This document shows positions 47,648 through 55,759 of a stretch of 64,000 nt of DNA, in pieces. This DNA is from an uncultured Alphaproteobacteria bacterium (lineage in GTDB: Bacteria > Pseudomonadota > Alphaproteobacteria > Paracaedibacterales > JAKBAR01): the NCBI GenBank assembly GCA_937896365.1, contig CALBMH010000060.1, positions 1,200 to 65,199 of the forward strand, written 5' to 3'. The number at the start of each line of letters is the position of its first letter. Position 1 is the stretch's first letter. Below the pieces are notes generated by a model. It had not been told where the DNA came from, did no database searches, and saw nothing but the letters and a program-made list of their open reading frames with translations. The translations under genes and the position numbers were made by a program.

Positions 47648-49585
47648 TTACTTTTGCTCTGGCTCCTTTTTACCTGTTTCCCTTTTTTTTGTAAACGCCC
47701 CCGTTGTGCTGTCCGTCGTCGTGGTAGAGGTGGAGGTGGTGGATGTTGTCGTTGAAGACTTTGATGCTTTCGCTGGGGGAGTAATCGAGTATATCTTCAC
47801 ACTTCCAGTGGTTTTCACAGGGGCTGTGGGTGCCGCCCTCTTCAGAGGAGACGACAGCTTCGTTGTTATCGTTGAAGGCTTAGAGGTTGTTGTTGTGGAT
47901 GTCACTGTGGTTGAAGGTTCAAGGTCAGATATTTTTTTCTTCTGGTCTTCGTCAAGTTTGACCTTGTCACCGAAAATCTCAACAAGCTGTTTGAGACCAA
48001 TATATCCACCTTCATTATAGTCTGCTTTTAGATTAGAAGCACCTTTCAGGACGAGGGATTGCAAGCTATTTTGCAGGTCTTTTATGGATGCCGGAAGCGT
48101 TTCTAAGGACTTACTGTCTGAAAGATCAAGAGTTCTTAAAGATGTGAGCTTATTAATTTCTTTTGGTAGCCGTTTAAACCCACTACGGTGTAGCTTAAGT
48201 TTTTCTAGGAGAGAGTTATTCAGACTCGAAGAATGCAAGAACATATACAGCTGGTATAGATCTTCTACAGCCCAACCCTCACTGCGAATCTCTACTGTAG
48301 GAAAGGCCCAGAAGTTTTCTGTGTTGATGATCTGGCGAACAATACCCCATAGCTTTTCTTCTTTTTTATCCCCGGTATGTCTGAGGTTCTGCTTATCCGT
48401 GGATAGTATCCATGCATTGGGAGTCATATCGACCTTAAGATAGTTTTGAGCAGCAGCCTCCTGAAATTTCTTAAGTTTTTCTCCCATGCTTTTGAGAAAT
48501 TCTTTCCTTGTTTCTTTATTAAACATGTAGATAGGATAGTCACGAAAGAACTGCGTCGCGACCCTCTTAAGGCTTGGGTACAGATCAGAAGGGTAATAGA
48601 AATGCTCTGTCTTCTCCATTGCTTTAAATATTCCAAGAGAATAATATGGCATTCCTTTAATATTACGTCCTTGGATTTCTTCCAAAGGGACATCGCTTAT
48701 GAAAGAATCTAGGCCCTCATTTCTCGATTTTTCGAAACCTTTTGCTAGACCCTCTTCGATTGTTTTCTTTTCTTTCTTTATATACTCAATATTCTTATTA
48801 ATCTGCTCTTTTATTTTATTTATCTCTTTTTCTAATGAATCTATACTTGCCTCATGAGTCTTTTTAATCTCTTCTTTTTTCGTACGAGCCCACTTTTCCG
48901 TGACTGCTTTCAATTCTTTAATGTGATCTGCTTGATCTTTCTCTAGAGTTTTCTTCTGCTCGTCTGTAAGGAGGAGGTGGGAAGGCGTGAGAAATTGGGG
49001 TCTTTCCTTTAACGTATCAATGGATTTTAGTTCTTCTTCCAAATTATCATCAATGGATTTTAGTTGTTTCTTATAATGCTGGTTCATAAGGTTTAACTGT
49101 TCTTCTGCATTCAAAGAAGATTCTTTCCACACCTTTTTTATCTTATGTTTATGATGCTCAAGAGAGGTAAGTCTGGAATCAAGATCTTCCAGGAAATTAT
49201 AGGAAGGGTCATCAAGAGCATCCAGAAGAACGAACAAATCATGGAGAACGCGAACGTGGGAATTATTCTCTAATGCATCTAGTGTAAACCCAAATGTATC
49301 CCCATCCTCCTCCTGAACGTCTGTTGCAATGTCATATACGGCGCGAAGCATGACAGTCAGCTCTTCTTCGGTGGGAGGACGGTCCAAGATTCTTTTTGGA
49401 TCCTCCCCTCCGGTTAGAAGATCAAAAATTTTTTGTGATCGTTCAAGAGAGTTATTCTGTGTTTTCTTTGTTGCTAAAATCTCTTCTAATGCAACACACC
49501 CACCACTCATCTGTTCTGCAACTGATTTTGATTTGGCACTACCAAGCAGTAACAAAAGCACTAAACAAGATATCTTTAATTTCAT
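47648..49585 (-). CDS. Secreted coiled-coil / leucine-rich-repeat protein with Thr/Ser-rich C-terminal tail
   Basis: 645 aa. Signal peptide MKLKISCLVLLLLLGSAKS; long K/E-rich helical region; LRR-like FKRLPKEINKLTSLRTLDLSDSKSLETLPASIKDLQNSLQSLVL; tail TTVTSTTTTSKPSTITT...STTTSTTSTSTTTTDSTT. Confidence 0.7.
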   Translation of the reverse strand: MKLKISCLVLLLLLGSAKSKSVAEQMSGGCVALEEILATKKTQNNSLERSQKIFDLLTGGEDPKRILDRPPTEEELTVMLRAVYDIATDVQEEDGDTFGFTLDALENNSHVRVLHDLFVLLDALDDPSYNFLEDLDSRLTSLEHHKHKIKKVWKESSLNAEEQLNLMNQHYKKQLKSIDDNLEEELKSIDTLKERPQFLTPSHLLLTDEQKKTLEKDQADHIKELKAVTEKWARTKKEEIKKTHEASIDSLEKEINKIKEQINKNIEYIKKEKKTIEEGLAKGFEKSRNEGLDSFISDVPLEEIQGRNIKGMPYYSLGIFKAMEKTEHFYYPSDLYPSLKRVATQFFRDYPIYMFNKETRKEFLKSMGEKLKKFQEAAAQNYLKVDMTPNAWILSTDKQNLRHTGDKKEEKLWGIVRQIINTENFWAFPTVEIRSEGWAVEDLYQLYMFLHSSSLNNSLLEKLKLHRSGFKRLPKEINKLTSLRTLDLSDSKSLETLPASIKDLQNSLQSLVLKGASNLKADYNEGGYIGLKQLVEIFGDKVKLDEDQKKKISDLEPSTTVTSTTTTSKPSTITTKLSSPLKRAAPTAPVKTTGSVKIYSITPPAKASKSSTTTSTTSTSTTTTDSTTGAFTKKRETGKKEPEQK

Positions 49586-49865
49586 TATATCACCTAAATC
49601 TATTCCATATATAATTTAATTATACCAAATATGATTCATAATAGGGAAAATAAGTTAACAAAATTAAAAAAAAAGTGAAAAATAAATAAGATCGTACTCT
49701 AATTTTTTATGAATATATTCGATGGAATACAAACTTTTTGGTGTTTCAAGGGGGATTCTCTAGGGATATAGCGGATACAGCCGAAAGCTCTTTCTCCTTC
49801 ATTTCTCTCAAAAAATAGCTATAATCGGTGGAAAATATTTCCCTTATGAGCAGAGTAAAGAGAAC

Positions 49866-51431
49866 ATGGATTATTTGAGCGCAAAGGCGTGGCCTTTTAT
49901 TGAGGCAAAAAAGATATTGGAGCGTTTGGGTAGTCATAAGCCTCAAAAAGGTTATGTTCTTTTTGAAACGGGGTACGGTCCATCTGGTTTGCCTCATATA
50001 GGTACATTCGGTGAGGTCTTACGCACAAGCATGGTGCGTCATGCATTTTCAAAACTCTCTGACATTCCCACGAAACTGTATTGCTTTTCCGATGATATGG
50101 ATGGTTTTCGAAAAGTGCCCGATAATGTACCGAACCAAGAAATGCTGAAGGAGTACCTTGGTAAACCCCTCACACACGTTCCCGATCCTTACGGCGAATG
50201 TGAAAGCTTTGGGCATTATAATAATGCAATGCTGCGTCGGTTTCTTGATTCTTTTGGTTTTGACTATGAGTTCCAAAGTTCGACGGAGTGGTACAAAAGT
50301 GGCCTTTTTGATCCGTATCTCAAGCTTGTTCTTTACTTCTACGACAATATTATGAAGGTGATGCTTCCAAGCCTTCGTGAAGAACGTCAGCAAACGTATA
50401 GTCCCTTCTTACCTATTTGTCCGCGTACCGGTGTTGTGCTACAGGTGCCCATTATTAAACGTGATGTTGAGGCATCTACGATTACCTATCCGGATCCTGG
50501 GACAGGTAAATATGTTGAGGTTCCTATTACAGGGGGGCATTGCAAAGTGCAATGGAAGGTGGACTGGGCTCTTCGTTGGCGCGCTTTTGATGTGGATTAT
50601 GAAATGAGTGGCAAAGACCTCGTCGATTCTGTCAGGTTGTCGAGTCAGATCTGTGATATCTTAGGTGGTAGAGCGCCCGCAACTCTTACGTATGAGCTTT
50701 TCCTTGATGAAAAGGGGCAAAAAATTTCTAAGTCCAAGGGTAACGGCCTCACCATTGACGAGTGGTTAACTTATGCACCCCAGGAAAGCTTATCCTATTA
50801 CATGTTTCAATCTCCTCACAAGGCCAAACGTTTGTACTTTGATGTTATTCCAAAATATGTGGATGAATACTTGGGGCAACGGGCTGCATATAATAGTCAA
50901 GATGAAACTGTGCGTGTCGATAGCCCTATTTATCATATTCACAGGGGTCACTGTCCGGATGTTGGCGTGCCTATCAGTTTTAATATCCTCCTTAACCTTG
51001 CATCCGTTGTGAATTGTGATGATCCGGCTATTTTATGGGGCTTTGTGAGTAAGTATGCCACGGGAGCATCGAAGGACAGCCATTCTTATTTGGATAAGCT
51101 TATTCATTATGCGGTGAAATACTATCATGATTTTGTCGCGCCCCATAAACATTATCGTGCGCCGAGTGATAAAGAGCGTCTCTCTCTTCTGGATCTTTTA
51201 ACGGAGCTTGAAAGAACGTCAGGAGACGCAGATGAGAAGGCGTTACAGACTATCGTGTTTGAGGTGGGCAAGCGTCATGATTATCCTGAGCTTCGCGCGT
51301 GGTTTAGTACACTCTATGAGGTGCTCCTTGGTCAAAAGGAAGGGCCGCGTTTTGGATCCTTTATTGCTATTTATGGTGTGGCTGAGACGGTGGCACTCAT
51401 ACGTAAGACGTTACAAGTACACACTATGTAA
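49866..51431 (+). CDS. lysK: Lysine--tRNA ligase, class I
   Basis: 521 aa. ETGYGPSGLPHIGTFGEVLRT (HIGH-type) and KISKSKGNG (KMSKS-type). Confidence 0.93.
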   Translation: MDYLSAKAWPFIEAKKILERLGSHKPQKGYVLFETGYGPSGLPHIGTFGEVLRTSMVRHAFSKLSDIPTKLYCFSDDMDGFRKVPDNVPNQEMLKEYLGKPLTHVPDPYGECESFGHYNNAMLRRFLDSFGFDYEFQSSTEWYKSGLFDPYLKLVLYFYDNIMKVMLPSLREERQQTYSPFLPICPRTGVVLQVPIIKRDVEASTITYPDPGTGKYVEVPITGGHCKVQWKVDWALRWRAFDVDYEMSGKDLVDSVRLSSQICDILGGRAPATLTYELFLDEKGQKISKSKGNGLTIDEWLTYAPQESLSYYMFQSPHKAKRLYFDVIPKYVDEYLGQRAAYNSQDETVRVDSPIYHIHRGHCPDVGVPISFNILLNLASVVNCDDPAILWGFVSKYATGASKDSHSYLDKLIHYAVKYYHDFVAPHKHYRAPSDKERLSLLDLLTELERTSGDADEKALQTIVFEVGKRHDYPELRAWFSTLYEVLLGQKEGPRFGSFIAIYGVAETVALIRKTLQVHTM

Positions 51432-51507
51432 TAAATAACTTGATTTTTTAGTTATATTGTTTTACATATTCTGACGTTAAGAAAAACTAATATAAGGATA
51501 GTCCATA

Positions 51508-52737
51508 ATGAAAAAATTAAGTTTACTTCTTGCTTCTTGCTTCTTGCTTCTTGCTTCTTCTGGCATGGTATATGCTTCCACAACGAAAACAGGCGATGCG
51601 CGATTCAATAGCTCTCTATTTAACGCTGAATCTGCAGATTTTTCTAGAATGGAGACAATTAAAACATGGGTTGCTGATAAGTATCATAATCAGACCTCGA
51701 TCATGAAGAAAGTTCAAGGTGACGTGGCGATGACTGTCCCTCAGAATCCTTTTTCGTCACATTTTGCTGAGCCCATTGTTAACAATAAGGGTGACACACG
51801 TTACTTTGGGAAAACGTTTCATACACTGAGTGCGATTGAGCTTCCTTTCCTTCAATATGTGAAGCAGATTAGCCAGACAAGATCGCCTGTGACACTTGAA
51901 ATTGCTGCTTCTATGGGGCTTGTTTCATGGAAAGTTCCTTTCTGCTTTCAAAATGGAGGAATACACTATGCCAATGAGCTGAGCAAGATAGTGTTGGATC
52001 AACGGTTCGAGCCAGTGGTTAATAGTCGTTTAGGTCATGCGAACCTCACAAAACATCTGACCTCTCTCCAGGGCGATTGTTTTACAGTACTTGATCATCT
52101 CAAAGGTAAAGTGGATGCACTCTACGTTCAGAATTTGCAGCACTTTTTCAATCCAATAACCAATGATAAATTTATGCACCTTGTTAATGATCTTCTCGCG
52201 CCTGGCGGCCGTGCGTATCTATCTGCCCACAGCTTTTTATTCCAAGACACAGAAGATGCATTGTACAAGCTTTATTGCAAGCAAAAAAAGGGGAGCGATA
52301 AATATCCTGGATTTGTCCAGTATGATGTTCAGTTTACAAATATTTTAGGGACTGAGCAGGGGCTTGAGCACACAATAACAAATCCTATACGACCAGCAGA
52401 TGATGCCCTTATTACAAAAGTAGACAAGCTAGATTCTGATAAATGCGGGGTTTTTAATGCCTTTGTTAATAACCAAGTTGTACAAGTAAAGACGCGTAAA
52501 CAAAACGTTGTTTCCAATCATTTTTCACCAACAATTTATCAAAGAACAATTGCTGATTTTCCTACACTCATCCACAAGGACTCATTCTTTATAACACAAG
52601 AAGGTGAGAGGAAAAAAGGATGGGATTGGAAAGGGAAGATTTCCCACGCAGCAGCGATTGTGGAGAAGGTTGCAGTGCCAGCGCCCGTTGCGGTAACTAC
52701 CACGACGACGACCGCTACGACCGTAAATACCCACTGA
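51508..52737 (+). CDS. Hypothetical secreted protein with weak methyltransferase-fold motifs and Thr-rich tail
   Basis: 409 aa. Signal peptide MKKLSLLLASCFLLLASSGMVYA. VTLEIAASMG, DALYVQNLQHFFNP and LLAPGGRAYLS loosely resemble class I MTase motifs I, IV and the PGG motif. The C-terminus is VAVTTTTTTATTVNTH. Confidence 0.55.
   Translation: MKKLSLLLASCFLLLASSGMVYASTTKTGDARFNSSLFNAESADFSRMETIKTWVADKYHNQTSIMKKVQGDVAMTVPQNPFSSHFAEPIVNNKGDTRYFGKTFHTLSAIELPFLQYVKQISQTRSPVTLEIAASMGLVSWKVPFCFQNGGIHYANELSKIVLDQRFEPVVNSRLGHANLTKHLTSLQGDCFTVLDHLKGKVDALYVQNLQHFFNPITNDKFMHLVNDLLAPGGRAYLSAHSFLFQDTEDALYKLYCKQKKGSDKYPGFVQYDVQFTNILGTEQGLEHTITNPIRPADDALITKVDKLDSDKCGVFNAFVNNQVVQVKTRKQNVVSNHFSPTIYQRTIADFPTLIHKDSFFITQEGERKKGWDWKGKISHAAAIVEKVAVPAPVAVTTTTTTATTVNTH
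51526..51560 (+). repeat. Heptanucleotide tandem repeat (CTTCTTG x4 plus CTTCTTC) inside the signal-peptide coding region
   Basis: Units at 51526, 51533, 51540 and 51547 are perfect; the unit at 51554 matches 6 of 7. The unit length is not a multiple of 3. Confidence 0.95.
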
Positions 52738-52748
52738 TGCTGCAAGTC

Positions 52749-52790
52749 GTCTTCTGGATGAAGCTTTCGATGCGGTCTTCTGGATGAAGC
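52749..52790. repeat. 16-bp direct repeat, period 26 bp, in a convergent intergenic region
   Basis: gtcttctggatgaagc occurs at 52749-52764 and again at 52775-52790. Confidence 0.9.
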
Positions 52791-52824
52791 ACTAACACGC
52801 TGCTTTGGGGAGGGGGGTTCCCAT

Positions 52825-53292
52825 TTATTTGATTGGGTGGGTACCATGATCTTTGGAATAGGTTTCCTCCCCGTCTTTGTTGTAATGGGACCAAGGACCT
52901 ATCTTACAGTGATGATGATAGGTCCCCTCAATGGCTATGGATCCGTCAGGATGGTAACTTTTAAATGCCCCATGCATGGTACCTTGGTGAAAAGTTTCCT
53001 GCTGAACAACGGTGCCGTTCTCATCGTAATGATAGCGCTCACCTTGTAGATGGCCTTCGTGATGATACATCGTGCTTTGAATATGACCGCTTGGGTGATA
53101 GGTTGAAGCAGGGCCGTGCAGCTTTCCTTTATGATAAGTTGCTTTGAAGATGAGGAGCCCATTACTATAGTATGTTCCTTCTCCTTCTAACTCGTTCTTC
53201 TCATTGAGCCATAAGCGGGCTGAGAGGCGCCCATGGTCATCATAGGTCAAATGTTCTCTAAGACTTCCTGTGTGTGCGCGTGAATGGCTCAT
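52825..53292 (-). CDS. His-rich MORN-variant (YwqK-like) repeat protein
   Basis: 155 aa with repeating G..(Y/F)H..G.(L/M)HG....YH..G units. There are 21 His by my count. The start lies 4 nt after the vgrG stop. Confidence 0.7.
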   Translation of the reverse strand: MSHSRAHTGSLREHLTYDDHGRLSARLWLNEKNELEGEGTYYSNGLLIFKATYHKGKLHGPASTYHPSGHIQSTMYHHEGHLQGERYHYDENGTVVQQETFHQGTMHGAFKSYHPDGSIAIEGTYHHHCKIGPWSHYNKDGEETYSKDHGTHPIK

Positions 53293-53296
53293 TAGC

Positions 53297-55435
53297 TTAA
53301 TTAATCATTGTCATAGAACCTTTGAGTGTGAGCATAGCACCTGCTGTAAATTCCCCTGCAGCGTCAGCCTTAACAGTGGTAAGTGTACCTTGGACGGTCA
53401 TCGCTGTATCCGCTTTCACAGTCGTTGTCGCTCCTTTTATCACCATGGCCGCATTGGCTTTAAACTCTCCTTGGGTTTGCGCTTCAATGGTAACACTTCT
53501 CCCCTTGAGCGTTAGATCACCTGTAGCTTGGATAGCAATAGCATCGGTTGCTTTTAGGTTAATCGATTGGGAAGTTAGGGTGATATTGTGGCCAATGGCT
53601 TCAATAAGAATGTTTCCATCATCCAGTTTAAGCGTAAAGTTGCCACTTTTTAAGTGTATGGCCTTGTCACCTTTGTCAACAGTAAGTGTGACATTGCCTT
53701 TTTGAAGGGTTGTTGACTGATCGCCTTCTTTGAGAGTGACCACACGATTCCCTTTATCCAACGTAATTAGATGATCACCTTTTACCATGTGGAGGGCATG
53801 GGTGGGAAGGTTATCGCCTTTAGCCTCATGGGTGAGGAGATAGTTTCCTTTTGTCATTGTCTTGGTCTCGTTACCCTCGTGAACAATGAGTGTGCGATCA
53901 CCTTTCATTACTTCTTGGTCGTAGTCTTTTTGTGCACGGATATACAGCTGTTCATTGTCTTTTTTGTCCTCGAAGCGAATTTCGTTGAAGGCATCTGTTG
54001 CATCCTTGGTGCTATTCGTTTTGAGTGTACTCTTTGTTTTGTCATCGGGAAGAGGGTAAGGGGGCTTGTTGTTGCCATTGTAGACGCATCCAACAACCAC
54101 AGGCCTGTCTGGATCTCCTTCAAAAAAGCTAACGATGACTTCCATGCCAATGCGAGGTATGAAGACAGATCCCCATTGTGATCCACTCCACAGCTGAGCT
54201 ACCCGAATCCAGCATGAGCTGTGATCATCGTTCGCACCGCGTTGATCCCAATAGAATTGTACTTTTATGCGACCAAACTCATCTGTATGAATCTCTTCTC
54301 CACTAGGCCCAACAACGATACCCATCTGATTGCTATGAATACGTGGTTTAGGTTTGAGATCAGGACGGTAGGGAACATTCACGGGGAAGCACGAAAAGCG
54401 ATTGGAGTAGACAACGTTACTGTTGGGGCGGAAATCGAGGAAATGCTCCACTTCATAAAGAACGTATTCAGCATTTGCATCCTCTCGAGGATGATTTTTA
54501 AGCGTAAATCTTATTCCTGGCATCATAGCGGGTACGGTACTTTTGCCGTAGAACATTTTCTTATTCCACTCAAGCTGCTCAATTTGAATCTGGTTAAGAC
54601 TTTCTCCTATCTTCATTTTGAAGAAGTTTCCAGGATAGCGATAAACCTCACCACCGTTGCCCTCCCCAGAGGTTTTAGGATAAAGTTTCGTATCAGGGGT
54701 TGTAAAATCGTAATCGGCGAGAGTTGATTTCTTGCTGACAACGCGCTGCTCAAGATGGAATTCTTGGATGCTATCGCCCCAGACACCGCTTACTTTTTTT
54801 GGAAAAAAAGGAACCGATGAGGGCGTTAAGGTACTCAACTTTGATACATCATCATGAACAACGAGTGTATCGCCACGAGGGCTGTGCAAAAAATAATAGA
54901 AAATCCCTTCTTCAGCCCACAACCGTGTTATAAAATCAAAGGCGCTTTCGCCATATTGGACACAGTACGACCGTATGAACATTCCCTTGGCAGATGCGCT
55001 GTAATCGACGTCACTCACGCCGTACTCTTCTAATAGAACCTTACACATATCGGTAGCGGATTTATTTTGGAACGCTCGATAATCTTGGTTAAAGCGCGTC
55101 ATTCCTAATTTGGGGAAAAGCTTTAGGATATAATGGGAAAATCCCGTTTCATCTTCTGTGATCCCTTGTCTTACTTCCCCAATGATGCCTGAAAAATAGC
55201 GTTCTTTGTCTTTATTATACTCAAATTTTACACTGGCAGGCTTTCCAACAAGGCTTGAAAGGTCAATATCCTTGGTTTTACTATGGGCTTCCACTGTCAC
55301 TTCAAAGAGCGTGCTAAGGCGCTCAGTGGCGTGGACACGATCCACGATTAATTTATTGGCGCCAAGCGGTGTTGTGAATTTGACGCTAAGTCTTTCCTCC
55401 TTCTCAGCGAGAGAAACAACCACTGGTATTAACAA
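53297..55435 (-). CDS. vgrG: Type VI secretion spike protein VgrG (no C-terminal toxin extension)
   Basis: 712 aa. N-terminal gp27-like region; gp5 OB-fold FYWDQRG..SCWIRVAQLWSGSQWGSVFIPRIGMEVIVSFFEGDPDRPVVVGCVYNG; C-terminal beta-helix repeats (LKSGNFTLKLDDGNILIEA..). It ends ..LKGSMTMIN. Confidence 0.92.
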   Translation of the reverse strand: MLIPVVVSLAEKEERLSVKFTTPLGANKLIVDRVHATERLSTLFEVTVEAHSKTKDIDLSSLVGKPASVKFEYNKDKERYFSGIIGEVRQGITEDETGFSHYILKLFPKLGMTRFNQDYRAFQNKSATDMCKVLLEEYGVSDVDYSASAKGMFIRSYCVQYGESAFDFITRLWAEEGIFYYFLHSPRGDTLVVHDDVSKLSTLTPSSVPFFPKKVSGVWGDSIQEFHLEQRVVSKKSTLADYDFTTPDTKLYPKTSGEGNGGEVYRYPGNFFKMKIGESLNQIQIEQLEWNKKMFYGKSTVPAMMPGIRFTLKNHPREDANAEYVLYEVEHFLDFRPNSNVVYSNRFSCFPVNVPYRPDLKPKPRIHSNQMGIVVGPSGEEIHTDEFGRIKVQFYWDQRGANDDHSSCWIRVAQLWSGSQWGSVFIPRIGMEVIVSFFEGDPDRPVVVGCVYNGNNKPPYPLPDDKTKSTLKTNSTKDATDAFNEIRFEDKKDNEQLYIRAQKDYDQEVMKGDRTLIVHEGNETKTMTKGNYLLTHEAKGDNLPTHALHMVKGDHLITLDKGNRVVTLKEGDQSTTLQKGNVTLTVDKGDKAIHLKSGNFTLKLDDGNILIEAIGHNITLTSQSINLKATDAIAIQATGDLTLKGRSVTIEAQTQGEFKANAAMVIKGATTTVKADTAMTVQGTLTTVKADAAGEFTAGAMLTLKGSMTMIN

Positions 55436-55525
55436 TCCTTTACATTTTACTCAATATTTACAGATTTATATCGAGAAAACAACCCTTGCAATTCGGGGTG
55501 TCCTGTTTTATATAGTGGGTATCGT

Positions 55526-55600
55526 TGGGGTATAGCCAAGCGGTAAGGCATCGGTTTTTGGTACCGACATTCCTAGGTTCGAATCCTAGTACCCCAGCCA
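55526..55600 (+). tRNA. tRNA-Gln (anticodon UUG)
   Basis: 75-nt cloverleaf folded by hand. Acceptor TGGGGTA/TACCCCA; D-arm GCC-AAGCGGTAA-GGC; anticodon stem TCGGT/ACCGA with loop TTTTGGT (TTG at 34-36); T-arm CTAGG-TTCGAAT-CCTAG; discriminator G; encoded CCA. It is close to E. coli tRNA-Gln. Confidence 0.95.
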
Positions 55601-55759
55601 TCTTTTCTGTTTCTTTTTTGAAGCTCCGTAAGCTCTTTCTAAGTAATCCGCTTGTCAACTCCTCACATGAAAATATTATTCTATTTGAGGGTGTTAATCT
55701 TTTATTAAGATTTGTCTTGTTAGAGTTTTTAAAGGTAATTAATAATACCTCCTTAGTGA

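Noticed and set aside
47532-48020. 162-aa plus-strand ORF rich in V/E overlapping the 3' end of the LRR gene and the DUF2312 gene
   Set aside because: It is the complement of the Thr/Ser-rich tail codons (ACN/AGN read as NGT/NCT). It has no start context and overlaps two well-supported genes.
53322-54727. Plus-strand ORFs of 127, 136 and 168 aa (53322..53705, 53771..54181, 54221..54727) antisense to vgrG
   Set aside because: The minus-strand frame carries unmistakable VgrG motifs along its whole length. The antisense ORFs are low-complexity mirror images of the beta-helix repeats with no motifs.
52825-55600. Calling the vgrG region a tRNA-integrated mobile genomic island
   Set aside because: There is no integrase, transposase or phage gene. 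I could not spot by eye a direct repeat of the tRNA-Gln 3' end between 47 and 58 kb. I report it only as an accessory islet, not as a mobile element.
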